Below, piece by piece: positions 39,901 through 50,094 of a stretch of DNA of 64,000 bases; the stretch's first letter is position 1, and every line of letters starts with the position of its first letter. The notes under the pieces were generated by a model that saw nothing but the letters and a program-made list of their open reading frames with translations, made no database searches and was not told where the DNA came from. Source of the DNA: an uncultured bacterium (GTDB lineage: Bacteria; Planctomycetota; UBA1135; GCA-002686595). The position numbers and the translations under genes were made by a program. Location: contig CALSNU010000001.1 in the NCBI GenBank assembly GCA_943787795.1, positions 256,001 to 320,000 of the forward strand, written 5' to 3'.

Positions 39901-40374
39901 CTCCGCGCCCTGCTCACGTCGGCCCTCGGGGACGTGGGGCTCGAGCTGCAGCCCACCGGCGAGCGGCTGCAGGCCTTCCACGCGGTGCAGAACACCTACC
40001 TTTCCATCTTCCAGCTCCTGGGCGCGCTCGGCCTGCTGCTCGGGAGCGTCGGGCTCGGGCTCGTGGTGCTGCGTAACACCCAGGAGCGCCGCGGCGAGCT
40101 GGCGCTCCTGCAGGCCCTGGGCTTCCGTCGGGCGCGGCTGCGCCGGCTCGCCCTGGCGGAGTACGGCCGGCTGCTCCTCGTGGGCCTCGGCGTCGGAGTG
40201 GTGGCGTCGCTGCTGGCGGTGGTGCCGCTGCTTGGCGACCCCACCGCCGACGCCCCCCTGGTCCGTCTCGTGTCCCTGGCGGGCGTCATCCTGGCCAGCG
40301 GACTCCTCTGGATCGTGCTCGCCATCCGCGTCGCAGCAGACCGCGACCCCGCGGCGGGCCTCCGGGCGGACTGA
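36955..40374 (+). CDS. large FtsX/MacB-type ABC permease (duplicated architecture)
   Basis: Two FtsX-like TM blocks (RERELGLLASLGF and RRGELALLQALGF), each preceded by a large extracytoplasmic domain. Confidence 0.88.
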   Translation: MGPLRLLLAGLRHQARVHLGVMLGAAVASGVLVGALAVGDSVRFTLGQRAAARVGAVDAAIAGGDRFFRSALADELAGGEAVRAAAPIVQLPAVASTPRGDRRVLDARVLGVDARFLALAPGASAAPSGPGPREAFLGAPLAERLGVAAGDTVVLRVEQPSAVPRDLALSPDDNTAALRVTVKEILDDARFGAFALDASPTPPANALVDLGWLQEQLELESTANLMLLSLEADRPDGMERAMELATARLAESWQLADAALQVTTLDSGERELSSTRIFLDEPVVELLDGLDAAPLTGVFTYFVDWLRVGGAPEGAGLPYSMVSALGPIGSGGAPQGALLSLSRGIPRGGLRLGSWALADLAASGVELRGGSEVELEYHVVDASRRLVTRKHTFAFAGAAPEVPDALGELGPLEGTVAGEELMPDFPGLADADSCREWEPGTPVDLDAIRPQDEQYWDDFRGTPKAFMNLDDARELWASRFGALTSVRFDAADEDAVLAGLRAGLDPAQVGLFLVDVGGAARRSSESPTDFGGLFIGLSFFLIAAALLLTAQLFYFGVEARERELGLLASLGFAPRRIVRLLLGEVALVGGAGALLGIPLGLAYTRGVLRGLDGLWSDAVASQTIDFHVTGASAFGGAAGALLAVLAAAWIGLRRAARRSPAQLLASRPGAELASAAPRPGRTYLASGGLAVAALGAAVTVDPSAGPAASGAFFGAGGALLAAGLLLARLWLRGERGLRGKRGGAGDPLGSVSSLGVTNATRRAGRSLGTVALMAIGAFLVLSVGVNRLGPPSDTTRRDSGTGGFAFYGRTSLPLLHDLATVEGRDFFGLTEEELEGVELVRMRARDGDDASCLNLSRPAAPPLLGVDPGALASRGAFAFAKAEVHDDGSPWDLLTGTFEDGSIPAIGDQASLMWQLKVGLGDTLDYVDERGRAFRVRIVGALADSVLQGELVISTANFEARYPSQGGYRRFLVDAPSDRAAELRALLTSALGDVGLELQPTGERLQAFHAVQNTYLSIFQLLGALGLLLGSVGLGLVVLRNTQERRGELALLQALGFRRARLRRLALAEYGRLLLVGLGVGVVASLLAVVPLLGDPTADAPLVRLVSLAGVILASGLLWIVLAIRVAADRDPAAGLRAD

Positions 40375-40469
40375 GGCGCTAGACTGCGGCGGCGCGCGCC
40401 GTACTCGACGGCGCGTTCAGCGCCCCTCTCCGCGGGGCGCGCTGCGCCGCGACTCCGGACCCGCCGACC

Positions 40470-42293
40470 ATGCTTCACGCGCTCCTCCTCAGCCTCGCGC
40501 TGCTCCAATCGCCCCCCGCGCCCCAGGGCGTGGCGGTTCCCCAGACGCCGGCGGTCCCGCAGAACTCGGCGCCCGCCGCCCCGCAGAGCTCGACGGCCGC
40601 GCAGGCCAAGCGCGAGGCGGCCTTCGCCGGGCTGCTGACGGGCTCCCGGCTCGAGGGGTACACGACCCTGACCGACGGCGAGGGCAACCTCGTGAGCGAG
40701 GAGCTGGAGGCCGACAGCTACAGCCTGACCCGGGTGGCCAAGCAAGACGACGGCAAGTGGAAGTTCACCGCCCTCATCAACTACGGCGGCCGCCCGATCC
40801 CGGTGTCGGTGTCCCTGCCCGTGGAGTGGGCGGGGAGCGCCCCGGTCATCAACGTCGAGGACATGTCGGTCCCGTTCATGGGGACCTACTCGGCGCGGGT
40901 GCTCTTCGACGGGGACCGCTACGTCGGCGTGTGGCGCGGCGACGGGTACGGGGGGCACATCCTCGGCAAGGTCGTGCGCGCCGAGCCCGCCCCCGTGGTG
41001 GCCGTGGCCGAGCCCACGACCTCGATCCACTGGCCGCAGTTTCGAGGCGCTAAGGCCGGCGGCGTCTCGGAGGGCTACGACCTGCCGGAGAGCTTCGACC
41101 TGGAGACGGGTGAGAACGTACGCTTCCGCGTGGAGGTCCCCGGCCTCGCGCACTCCTCGCCGGTGATCCACGGGGACAAGCTGTTCCTGACCACCGCGAT
41201 CCGGGAGGACGGCGAGCAGGGCCTCAAGGTCGGGCTGTACGGCGACATCCAGCCCGTTGAGGACACCAGCGAGTTCCGCTTCGAGGTGCTTTGCTACGCG
41301 AAGTCCACCGGCGAGCTGCTCTGGCGCCGCGAGGCGTGGAAGGGTGTGCCGGCGGTGAAGCGTCACCTCAAGGGGAGCCACGCCCAGCCCACGCCCGCCT
41401 GCGACAGCGAGCGGGTGGTGGCGTTCTTCGGATCCGAGGGGCTCTTCGCCTTCGACCACGACGGCAACAAACTCTGGGAGCGCGACCTCGGCGTCCTCGA
41501 CGCGGGCTTCTTCCGCGACCGCGGCGCCCAGTGGGGCTTCGGCAGCTCGCCGGTGCTCCACGGCGGCAAGGTTGTGGTGCAGTGCGACGTGCAGGACCAG
41601 AGCTTCGTCGCCCTGCTCGACGCCGCCACCGGTGAGGACGTCTGGCGGGTGGACCGCGAGGAGGAGTCCGGCTGGTCCACGCCCACCGTGCACGTGAGCG
41701 CCGAGCGGAGCCAGGTCATCTGCAACGGCTGGAAGGCCATCGCCGGCTACGACCTCCGGACGGGCGAGGTGCTCTGGACCGCGGAGCCCGGCGGGGACAT
41801 CCCCGTGCCGACGCCGGTGGTGTCGAACGGGGTCGCCTTCATCACCAACGCCCACGGCCGCTTTTCGCCGATCTACGCCATCGACCTGGAGGCCACCGGC
41901 CACGTCTCCCTCGAGGAAGGGGAAGACGAGTTCATGCTGTGGGGGATCAAGAAGCGCGGCAACTACATGCAGACGCCCATCGTCTACGGCGACGCGGCGT
42001 TCTTCTGCCGGGACAACGGGATGCTGAGCTGCTACGACGCCATGGGCGGCGAGCGGCTCTTCGCCGAGCGCCTGGACGAGGGCCGCTCCGGCTACACCGC
42101 GTCGCCGGTAGGCGGCGACGGCAAGCTCTACATCACCAGCGAGGAGGGCTCGGTCATCACCGTCCGGGCGGGCCGCACCCTGGAGATCCTCGCCCGCAGC
42201 GACCTCGGCGAGGAGTTCATGTCCACGCCGGCCATCTCCGAGGGCACGATCTACTTCCGCTCTCGCGGCCACCTCACCGCCGTCGGCCTCTGA
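40470..42293 (+). CDS. PQQ-like (BamB-type) beta-propeller protein with an extra N-terminal beta-rich domain
   Basis: Signal peptide, HWPQFRG, repeated SSPV / TG..LW motifs, C-terminal STPAISEG.IYFRS. Confidence 0.88.
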   Translation: MLHALLLSLALLQSPPAPQGVAVPQTPAVPQNSAPAAPQSSTAAQAKREAAFAGLLTGSRLEGYTTLTDGEGNLVSEELEADSYSLTRVAKQDDGKWKFTALINYGGRPIPVSVSLPVEWAGSAPVINVEDMSVPFMGTYSARVLFDGDRYVGVWRGDGYGGHILGKVVRAEPAPVVAVAEPTTSIHWPQFRGAKAGGVSEGYDLPESFDLETGENVRFRVEVPGLAHSSPVIHGDKLFLTTAIREDGEQGLKVGLYGDIQPVEDTSEFRFEVLCYAKSTGELLWRREAWKGVPAVKRHLKGSHAQPTPACDSERVVAFFGSEGLFAFDHDGNKLWERDLGVLDAGFFRDRGAQWGFGSSPVLHGGKVVVQCDVQDQSFVALLDAATGEDVWRVDREEESGWSTPTVHVSAERSQVICNGWKAIAGYDLRTGEVLWTAEPGGDIPVPTPVVSNGVAFITNAHGRFSPIYAIDLEATGHVSLEEGEDEFMLWGIKKRGNYMQTPIVYGDAAFFCRDNGMLSCYDAMGGERLFAERLDEGRSGYTASPVGGDGKLYITSEEGSVITVRAGRTLEILARSDLGEEFMSTPAISEGTIYFRSRGHLTAVGL

Positions 42294-42338
42294 GCCTCGG
42301 CGCACCCCAGCGAAGACTTCAAGCGAAGGCCCCAAGCG

Positions 42339-43118
42339 ATGACCCACAAGTACTGCACCGTCGAGAGCGATGGCGAGATCCTGATCGTCACCATCAACCG
42401 ACCGGAGGTGCTCAACTCCCTCGACGTCCCCTCGAGCATCGAGCTCAGCGAGGTCTTCGACGCCTTCGAGCAGGACGACACGCACCGCGTCGCGATCGTC
42501 ACCGGCGCGGGGGACAAGGCCTTCTGCGCCGGGCTGGACCTGAAGTCCCAGTCGGGCTCCACCGGTCTGCCCCAGTGGCCCATGTCCGGCTTCGCAGGGC
42601 TCACCGAGCGGTACGGCGGCACCAAGCCGATCATCGCGGCGGTCAACGGCATCGCGGCGGGCGGCGGGTTCGAGCTGGCCCTCGCCTGCGACCTGGTGGT
42701 CGCGGCCGAGGGCGCGCGCTTCAGCCTGCCCGAGGCCCGCATCGGGCTCGCGGCGCTCGCGGGCGGCATCCACCGCCTGTCTCGCCAGATCCCCCTCAAG
42801 CACGCCATGGGCATGCTCCTCACGGGCCGCTCGGTCCCGGCGGCGGAGGGCGTTCAGCTGGGCTTCGTGAACGAGGTGGCGCCGGCGGGTGAGCTGATGG
42901 CCACCGCGCGCCGCTGGGCCGAGCGCATCGCGGGCTGCGCGCCGCTCGCGATCCTCGCCACCAAGGAGGTGGCCATCGAGGGCATGCGCCACGGCACGGT
43001 GAAGGACGCCATGAACATGCGCTACCCCGCGGTGGAGCGCATGGTGAACAGCGAGGACTTCATCGAGGGGCCCAAGGCCTTCGTCGAGAAGCGTAAGCCG
43101 GTCTGGAAGGGCAAGTGA
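42339..43118 (+). CDS. enoyl-CoA hydratase/isomerase (crotonase family)
   Basis: AFCAGLDLK, KPIIAAVNG..GGGFELALACD, LPEARIG, EGPKAFVEKRKPVW. Confidence 0.93.
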   Translation: MTHKYCTVESDGEILIVTINRPEVLNSLDVPSSIELSEVFDAFEQDDTHRVAIVTGAGDKAFCAGLDLKSQSGSTGLPQWPMSGFAGLTERYGGTKPIIAAVNGIAAGGGFELALACDLVVAAEGARFSLPEARIGLAALAGGIHRLSRQIPLKHAMGMLLTGRSVPAAEGVQLGFVNEVAPAGELMATARRWAERIAGCAPLAILATKEVAIEGMRHGTVKDAMNMRYPAVERMVNSEDFIEGPKAFVEKRKPVWKGK

Positions 43119-44017
43119 TCCGGGTCGCCGCCGTTGCGCTCGCGGGGCTCTCCGCCTGCGCGGCCCCCCCGGCGTCGCCCGAGGACCCTTCCCTGGCGGT
43201 CCCGGAAGGCGTCGACGTGCTCGAGGTGGAGGCGGATCCCTCGGTCGTGACGGACCCCTCGCTGCGGGCCGCCATCGCGGCGACCGGGCGACCCTGGCGC
43301 GTTCGCCATCGCCGCTCCGGGATGGAGCTGCTCCTCGTCCCGCCCATGGTCTTCGAGCGCGGCGCCGCGCCCGGGGACAGCGAGGCCGCGGACGACGAGC
43401 GGCCCGCCCACGCCGCGGCCGTGACCGCGGCCTTCTACCTGGGCCGGTTCGAGGTCACGGCGGCCCAGTGGGAGGCGGTCACCGGCGAGCGTCCGAGCTT
43501 CTTCAGCGCCGTCAACGGCGAGGGGGCTCCTATCGAGAGCGTCTCCTACTTCGCGGGCCAGGCGTTCGCCTCGGCCGCGGGGCTGTCGCTGCCCACCGAG
43601 TCCCAGTGGGAGGCCGCCTGCCGCGCAGGCTCCTCGGAGCCACGCCACGGCCTGCTCGACGACGTCGGCTGGCACCGCGGCAACGCCGGCGGGCGCCCGC
43701 ATCCCGTGGGCTTGCTGTCGGCCAACGCCCTCGGCTTCCACGACATGCTCGGCAACGTGTGGGAGTGGACGCGGAGCGGCTATGTAGCGGACGAGTACGA
43801 CCGCTACGCGGACTCAGGGGGCGCGGCGCCCCTGGACGTTCGGGGGCACGCTCGCGGGACCCCACGCACCGTGCTTCGCGGCGGCTCCTGGTTCGATCCG
43901 CCCAAGCGGGCCCGGGCCTCCGCTCGCTACGCCACCGAACGAGACCTCGTCGCCGGTCACGTGGGCCTCCGCGCCGCCCTCGAGCTCCCCGCTCTCACCG
44001 ATCCCCGAACCCCATGA
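43115..44017 (+). CDS. FGE-sulfatase (SUMF1/EgtB/PvdO) domain lipoprotein
   Basis: LSAC lipobox, FEVT, LPTESQWEAACR, N.LGFHDMLGNVWEW, RGGSW. No catalytic Cys pair. Confidence 0.88.
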   Translation: MIRVAAVALAGLSACAAPPASPEDPSLAVPEGVDVLEVEADPSVVTDPSLRAAIAATGRPWRVRHRRSGMELLLVPPMVFERGAAPGDSEAADDERPAHAAAVTAAFYLGRFEVTAAQWEAVTGERPSFFSAVNGEGAPIESVSYFAGQAFASAAGLSLPTESQWEAACRAGSSEPRHGLLDDVGWHRGNAGGRPHPVGLLSANALGFHDMLGNVWEWTRSGYVADEYDRYADSGGAAPLDVRGHARGTPRTVLRGGSWFDPPKRARASARYATERDLVAGHVGLRAALELPALTDPRTP

Positions 44018-45567
44018 GAAAGCACCGCCTCTGGATCCCTGGCCTCGTCCTTCTGGGCGCAGGCGTCAGCGTCGCGATCAGCGTGGCGCGGTCGCGGGAA
44101 GACCTCACCGAGGGCGCCCTTCAGCAGCTGGTGACCTTGGTGGTCGCTGTCCTCCTGCTGGTGCTCTGGTGGCTGTTCCTCTCTGGCTACCGCGCGATCG
44201 TGCGCCTCGGCGGGTTCGTGCTGCTCACCGTCCTCCTCGCGGCGCTGCGCCCCTTCGTGCACACCGACGGGACGTCCGGCTCGAGCATGCCCACGCTTCG
44301 CTTTGGGCTCGACGACCCGGCCGTCCTGCCGATCACGCTCCCGGAGCTGCAGGGGGATGCGGTCGAGGCGCAGCCCCTCCAGCTGGAGCCGGGGGACTGG
44401 CCGGGATTCAGAGGTGCACAGCGGGACAGCGTCGCCCGCGGCGAGACCCTCGGCACCCCCGCCGAGGCGAAGCTGCTCTGGAAGCGCCCGGTGGGTGAGG
44501 GGTGGTCGTCGCTGGTGCTCGTGGGAGACTGGCTGTTCACCCAGGAGCAGCGAGGTGAGTTCGAGTGCACCGTGGCCTACGACGCGGCGAGCGGAGAGGA
44601 GCGCTGGGTCCACGCGGACGAGGACCGCTACGACACCTACCTCGGCGGCGTCGGTCCGCGGGCCACGCCGACGTTCAGCCTCGGCGTGCTGTATACGGTG
44701 GGATCGAACGGCCGGGTGAACGCCCTCGAGGCCCACACGGGGCGGGTCCTCTGGACCCGGGACATGCTCGAGGATGGCGGCGGCGGCCTGATCGAGTTCG
44801 GGATCGCGTGCTCACCCCTGGTCCGGGAGGACACCGTCTACGTGGTCCCTGGCGTGAACCCCGGCGGCGGCGCGGGGTCGGCGGCCGCGGGGGTCCTCGC
44901 CTACGACCGGGCGGATGGGACCGTGCGGTGGAAGGGGGGGACGCGGCCGGCGGGGTACACCGCCCCCTGGGTCGGGACGTTCGACGGCGAGGAGCACCTG
45001 CTGGTCTTCGGGCTCGAGGGGCTCTCGGGTCACGACCTCGCCACGGGCGCCGAGCGTTGGTTCACCCCCTGGGCCAACACGTTCAAGAATGGCAGCGTCA
45101 TGCCGCTCGTGGCCGACGGCGAGATCCTGCTGAGCGTGTTCAGCAACGGCGCCAAGAAGGTCGCGCCGCGCCGCGCGGGGAGCGGGAGCGGCGAGCTTGC
45201 AGCCTGGGAGGTCGACGAGCGCTGGCGCCAGCGTCGCTTCCAGCTCAAGTTCAACGGCGGCGTGAAGCGCGGTGAGCTGCTGGTCGGCCTCGACGGTGGG
45301 CTCCTGGCCTGCATCGACTGGAAGACAGGTGAGCGCTACTGGAAGGAGGGCCGTCACGGCTTCGGCCAGATCCTCCTGGCCGATGACGGCCTCCTGATCC
45401 TCTCGGAGTACGGGGAGGTCATCGTGGCCGGCTTCGACCGCGAGGGGGTGACCGAGCGCCTGCGCTTCGAGGCCCTCGAGGGGAAGTGCTGGAACCATCC
45501 CGCCCTCCGCGACGGCCGCATCTACGTACGAAGCGACGTGGAGATGGCCTGCTACGAGCTGCGCTGA
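44014..45567 (+). CDS. membrane-anchored PQQ-like beta-propeller protein
   Basis: Three N-terminal TM segments, DWPGFRG, GPRATP, WNHPAL..GRIYVRS. ATGA overlap at 44014. Confidence 0.88.
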   Translation: MRKHRLWIPGLVLLGAGVSVAISVARSREDLTEGALQQLVTLVVAVLLLVLWWLFLSGYRAIVRLGGFVLLTVLLAALRPFVHTDGTSGSSMPTLRFGLDDPAVLPITLPELQGDAVEAQPLQLEPGDWPGFRGAQRDSVARGETLGTPAEAKLLWKRPVGEGWSSLVLVGDWLFTQEQRGEFECTVAYDAASGEERWVHADEDRYDTYLGGVGPRATPTFSLGVLYTVGSNGRVNALEAHTGRVLWTRDMLEDGGGGLIEFGIACSPLVREDTVYVVPGVNPGGGAGSAAAGVLAYDRADGTVRWKGGTRPAGYTAPWVGTFDGEEHLLVFGLEGLSGHDLATGAERWFTPWANTFKNGSVMPLVADGEILLSVFSNGAKKVAPRRAGSGSGELAAWEVDERWRQRRFQLKFNGGVKRGELLVGLDGGLLACIDWKTGERYWKEGRHGFGQILLADDGLLILSEYGEVIVAGFDREGVTERLRFEALEGKCWNHPALRDGRIYVRSDVEMACYELR

Positions 45568-45618
45568 TCACCGCAGGGTGATCCGCCCGATCCTGGGGCG
45601 GCGGACTATCCTGGGGCC

Positions 45619-48588
45619 ATGATCCTCGCGCTCCTCGCACTGGTCCCCGTCGGCGGTGACGGGCCCGTGGACTTCGGGCGCGACGTGCTGCCGATCCTGT
45701 CGGAGTACTGCTTCGACTGCCACGGCCCCGACGCGGCAGCCCGCAAGGGCGACCTGCGCCTGGACGTGCACGACGACGTGCTGTTCGTGGTGGAGCCCGG
45801 CGCGCCCGAGGAGAGCGAGCTGCTCGCGAGGCTCGTGCACGAGAACCCGAAGCGGCTGATGCCGCCGCCCTCCACGGGGAAGGCGCCGACGGCGGCCGAG
45901 CGCGAGGTCCTCCGGCGCTGGATCGAGGAGGGCGTCGCGTGGGCCGGGCACTGGTCCTTCGAGCCCGTCGAGGCGCCGCTCATCCCCGCCATGTCGCTCC
46001 CGTCCGGGGAGCTCACCGGATGGGACCAGGACCCCCTCGACCTGCTGGTGCTGCACCGCCTCGGGGAGCAGGGCATGTCGCCTTCACCGCCGGCGGACCC
46101 GGCGACCTGGCTGCGTCGCGTACACCTCGACCTCACGGGCCTACCCCCGACCCTCGAGCAGCTGGACGCGTTCCTCTCCGGCGAGTTGACGGACGCCCAG
46201 GTCGTGGACGGGCTGCTCGCCAGCGACGCCCGCGCCGAGCACCGGACCCGCGAGTGGCTGGACCTCGCGCGCTACGCGGACACCAACGGCTATCAGAACG
46301 ACTTCCGCCGCGACCAGTGGCCGTGGCGCGACTGGGTCCTGGGCGCCTTCGCCGCGAACATGCCCTACGACCGCTTCGTCATGGAGCAGGTGGCCGGTGA
46401 CCTGATCGAAGGCGGCGGGCGCGACGCCGTGCTCGCCACCGGGTTCCAGCGCAACCACCGCACGGTGACCGAGGCGGGCTCCATTGAGGAGGAGTGGCGG
46501 GTGGAGAACGTGGCCGACCGCGCGGAGACCAGCGCGACGGCCTTCCTCGGCCTGACCGTGGCCTGCGCCCGGTGTCACGACCACCGCTACGACCCCATCT
46601 CCCAGGTGGACTACTACCGCTTCTTCGGCTTCTTCGATCAGGTGGACGAGAAGGGCGTCTATTCGGAGATGCGGGGGAACGTCCCGCCGCTCCTGCGGGT
46701 GCCGTCCCCCGAGCAGGAAGCGCGGCTCGCGGCGCTCAACGCGCAGGTTGCGCAGGAGGAGGCGGCCCTCGCTGCGCTCGCCGCCACCTCCGCCGAGCGC
46801 CACGCGGCGTTCCGTACGGCCAACCAGATGGTGGTGCCGGACCTGCCCGCCCCGCTCCTCAAGCGGCGGGACGCGGTCCTCCTGGACGGCACGCGCACCG
46901 GATCAGCGGACCTCGGGGGCCGGGTCGACTTCGAGCAGGACCGGCCCTTCACGGTGACCCTCTGGCTGCGGCCTGAGTCCCACGGCGCGGTCTACAGCCG
47001 GATGGAGGACAGCGACCGATACCGCGGCGTGGACCTGGTGCTGCTGGAGGACATGCGTCCTGCGGTGCACCTGATCCACGAGTGGACGGGGAACGCCATC
47101 AAGGTCGTGGGGGACGACCCTCTGCAGAGGGGCGCGTGGCACCACGTGGCCGTGGCGTACGACGGGTCGGGTAAGGCGGCTGGGGTCACCGTCCGCGTGA
47201 ACGGCGCCCCGGTCCGCCTGAAGGCCGAGGTCGACCGTCTGGACGGCACCCTCGCCACCGACGAGCCCCTGCGGCTCGGGACGCGGCGCTATGCGGGGGA
47301 GCTGAAGGGGGAGGTGCTGGACTTCCGGGTCGACGGCCACGCCCTGGGCGAGGGGGCTGTGCTGGCGCTGGCACGGGGCCGGGCCGTGCTCGAGGACGGC
47401 GGGCCCTTCTACCTCGCGGTGTTCGACGAGGAGGCGACCGGGGTGCGCCGCCGCCTCGCCAAGACGCGGTCCGAGCGGGAGCGGCTCGAGCGGGACGAGG
47501 TCCCGACGGCCATGGTGCTCCGCGACCGCGACGAGCCCCGGGAGACGCGGCTCCTGCGGCGCGGACAGTACGACCACCCGGATGGGGAGGCCCTGACCCC
47601 TGATGTCCCCGGGGTCTTCGGCGGGCTGCCCGAGGGGGCGCGCCGGGACCGGCTGGGGCTCGCGCGTTGGCTGGTGGACCCGACGAACCCGCTCACCGCG
47701 CGGGTCGCGGTCAACCGGATCTGGGCGAGCTTCTTCGGGCGCGGCCTCGTCGCGACAGCCGAGGACTTTGGGATCCGCGGCGCGCGGCCCGAGCACCCCG
47801 CGCTCCTCGACCACCTCGCCGCCGAGCTGGTGGCGAGCGGCTGGGACCTGCGCGCGCTGGAGCGGCGGATCGCGCTGTCGGCCACCTACCGCCAGACCTC
47901 CGAGGCGAGCGCAGCGGCGCGCGAGCGGGATCCGGACAACGGCTGGCTGGCAAGGGGCCCGCGGCACCGCCTGGATGCGGAGGGCGTGCGCGACCAGGCG
48001 CTGTTCGCGTCGGGGCTGCTCGTGCAGAGGGTGGGCGGCCCCTCGGTGAAGCCCTACCAGCCCGCGGGGCTCTGGAAGGAGCTGGCGGGCGGCGCCGGTC
48101 AGGGGGCGTACGTGGAGTCCACCGGGGACGACCTGTTCCGCCGCTCCCTCTACACCTACCGCAAGCGGACCGTGCCGCACCCCCAGCTCACCACCTTCGA
48201 CGCGCCGGGCTTCGAGCTGTGCACCGCGCGCCGGCCGAGCACCAACACGCCCCTCCAGGCGCTGGCGCTCCTGAACGGGCCGACCTATCAGGAGGCCTCC
48301 CGACACCTGGCGAAGCGCATGCTGGAGGCCGAGGGCGAGGAGGCCCGCCTGGCCCTGGGGATGCGCGCGGTCCTCTCCCGCGGGCCCACCGACGGCGAGC
48401 TCGAGATCCTCAAGGGCGCCCTCGGGCGGTACCGACGTGAGTTCGAGGCGGACTCGATGGCCGCGGTGGAGCTGCTGGGCGTGGGCGCCACGGCCGCCTC
48501 GCCGCGCATCCGTACCCCCGAGTGGGCGGCGTACACCATGATCGCCTCGACGATCCTGAACCTCGACGAGGCGATCACCCAGCGATGA
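45619..48588 (+). CDS. planctomycete cytochrome c + DUF1549 + LamG + DUF1553 protein
   Basis: [27 protein letters not shown], LamG-type insert [27 protein letters not shown]. Confidence 0.9.
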   Translation: MILALLALVPVGGDGPVDFGRDVLPILSEYCFDCHGPDAAARKGDLRLDVHDDVLFVVEPGAPEESELLARLVHENPKRLMPPPSTGKAPTAAEREVLRRWIEEGVAWAGHWSFEPVEAPLIPAMSLPSGELTGWDQDPLDLLVLHRLGEQGMSPSPPADPATWLRRVHLDLTGLPPTLEQLDAFLSGELTDAQVVDGLLASDARAEHRTREWLDLARYADTNGYQNDFRRDQWPWRDWVLGAFAANMPYDRFVMEQVAGDLIEGGGRDAVLATGFQRNHRTVTEAGSIEEEWRVENVADRAETSATAFLGLTVACARCHDHRYDPISQVDYYRFFGFFDQVDEKGVYSEMRGNVPPLLRVPSPEQEARLAALNAQVAQEEAALAALAATSAERHAAFRTANQMVVPDLPAPLLKRRDAVLLDGTRTGSADLGGRVDFEQDRPFTVTLWLRPESHGAVYSRMEDSDRYRGVDLVLLEDMRPAVHLIHEWTGNAIKVVGDDPLQRGAWHHVAVAYDGSGKAAGVTVRVNGAPVRLKAEVDRLDGTLATDEPLRLGTRRYAGELKGEVLDFRVDGHALGEGAVLALARGRAVLEDGGPFYLAVFDEEATGVRRRLAKTRSERERLERDEVPTAMVLRDRDEPRETRLLRRGQYDHPDGEALTPDVPGVFGGLPEGARRDRLGLARWLVDPTNPLTARVAVNRIWASFFGRGLVATAEDFGIRGARPEHPALLDHLAAELVASGWDLRALERRIALSATYRQTSEASAAARERDPDNGWLARGPRHRLDAEGVRDQALFASGLLVQRVGGPSVKPYQPAGLWKELAGGAGQGAYVESTGDDLFRRSLYTYRKRTVPHPQLTTFDAPGFELCTARRPSTNTPLQALALLNGPTYQEASRHLAKRMLEAEGEEARLALGMRAVLSRGPTDGELEILKGALGRYRREFEADSMAAVELLGVGATAASPRIRTPEWAAYTMIASTILNLDEAITQR

Positions 48589-50021
48589 GCACCGACCAGC
48601 TCGACCTCCGGCGGTCCGCCGCCCTCGGCGCCGCCCTGCGCACCAACCGGCGCACGTTCCTCGGTGGCGGCGTGGCGGGCCTCGGGGCTCTGGCCCTGGG
48701 GAGCCTGAGCCCAGCGCTTGGCAGCTCACTCGCGCCCCGTTCGAAGGCCAAGGCCAAGCGGGTCATCTACCTCTTCCAGTCGGGCGCGCCCTCGCAGTTC
48801 GAGACCCTCGACCCCAAGCCGGGTCTCGTGGATCACTTCGGTGAGGAGCTCCCCGAGTCCGTTCGCAATGGGCAGCGCCTCACGACGATGACCTCGGGTC
48901 AGTCCTCCTTCCCGATCGCGCCGTCCAGATTCGGGGCCACGCGGCGTGGGGAGTGTGGGGCGCTGATGGGGGACCTGATGACCCACACGGGGGCCATCGC
49001 GGACAAGCTCTGCATCGTCCGCTCCATGGTGACGGACGCGATCAACCACGACCCCGCGATCACCTTCGCCCAGACCGGGTCCCAGCTCGCCGGGCGGCCG
49101 AGCATGGGGGCGTGGCTCTCCTACGGGCTCGGCTCCATGAACGAGGACCTGCCGACCTTCGTGGTGATGGTGTCCTCGAGCGCCACGAAGCAGCCCCTCT
49201 ACGCGCGGCTGTGGGGGAGCGGCTTCCTGCCGACGCGCCACCAGGGCGTGAAGCTGCGCAGCGGAGAGGACCCCGTGCTCTACCTCGCGAACGCCCCCGG
49301 CATCGACCGGGAGCGGCGGCGGGCGATGCTCGACGACCTCAGGCGGCTCAACGGCCTGCGGGACGACGAGGACCCCGAGCGCGATACGCGGGTGGAGCAG
49401 TACGAGCTGGCCTTCCGCATGCAGGCGGCGGTGCCGGACCTGACGGACATCTCCGACGAGCCGGAGTCGGTGCTGGAGCGCTATGGGCCCGACGTGCGCC
49501 GGCCGGGGTCCTTCGCCCGCAACTGCCTCCTGGCGCGCCGCATGGCCGAGCGCGACGTGCGCTTCGTGCAGCTCTTCCACATGGGCTGGGACCACCACGG
49601 CAACCTGCCGAAGGACCTGACCAAGTGCGTGAAGGACACCGACCAGCCCTCCGCCGCGCTGGTCCAGGACCTGGAGGAGCGCGGGCTCCTCGACGACACC
49701 ATCGTGGTCTGGGGCGGTGAGTTCGGGCGGACCGTTTACAGCCAGGGCGAGCTCACCAAGGAGAACTACGGCCGGGACCACCACCCGCGCTGCTTCCCCA
49801 TCTGGCTCGCCGGCGGCGGGTTCGCGCCGGGGGTCACCCACGGCGAGACCTGCGATCACGCCTACAACGTGGTGCGGGACCCCGTCTCCACCCACGACCT
49901 GCACGCCACGCTCCTGCACCAGCTGGGCCTCGACCACGAGCGGCTCACCTACCGCTTCCAGGGCCGCGACTTCCGCCTCACGGACGTGCACGGGGAGCTG
50001 GTCCGCGGCATCCTCGCCTGA
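48585..50021 (+). CDS. DUF1501 domain protein (Tat signal)
   Basis: NRRTFL leader, [38 protein letters not shown] overlap. Confidence 0.9.
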   Translation: MSTDQLDLRRSAALGAALRTNRRTFLGGGVAGLGALALGSLSPALGSSLAPRSKAKAKRVIYLFQSGAPSQFETLDPKPGLVDHFGEELPESVRNGQRLTTMTSGQSSFPIAPSRFGATRRGECGALMGDLMTHTGAIADKLCIVRSMVTDAINHDPAITFAQTGSQLAGRPSMGAWLSYGLGSMNEDLPTFVVMVSSSATKQPLYARLWGSGFLPTRHQGVKLRSGEDPVLYLANAPGIDRERRRAMLDDLRRLNGLRDDEDPERDTRVEQYELAFRMQAAVPDLTDISDEPESVLERYGPDVRRPGSFARNCLLARRMAERDVRFVQLFHMGWDHHGNLPKDLTKCVKDTDQPSAALVQDLEERGLLDDTIVVWGGEFGRTVYSQGELTKENYGRDHHPRCFPIWLAGGGFAPGVTHGETCDHAYNVVRDPVSTHDLHATLLHQLGLDHERLTYRFQGRDFRLTDVHGELVRGILA

Positions 50022-50094
50022 GGGCCGCTCGAACACGGGGAGGACCCGGCGCTCCTGCCGGGACATACCGCCAGCAGCCCCCTGCACCTCGCCC

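Noticed and set aside
39996..42992. Long antisense ORFs (also 9238-11301, 37753-39981, 52043-54769 and many others)
   Set aside because: Shadow frames expected in very GC-rich DNA; they lie opposite genes with clear family motifs.
43115..44017. FGE/CLec-fold gene as a diversity-generating retroelement target
   Set aside because: No reverse transcriptase and no template-repeat copy of its 3' end were seen in the window.
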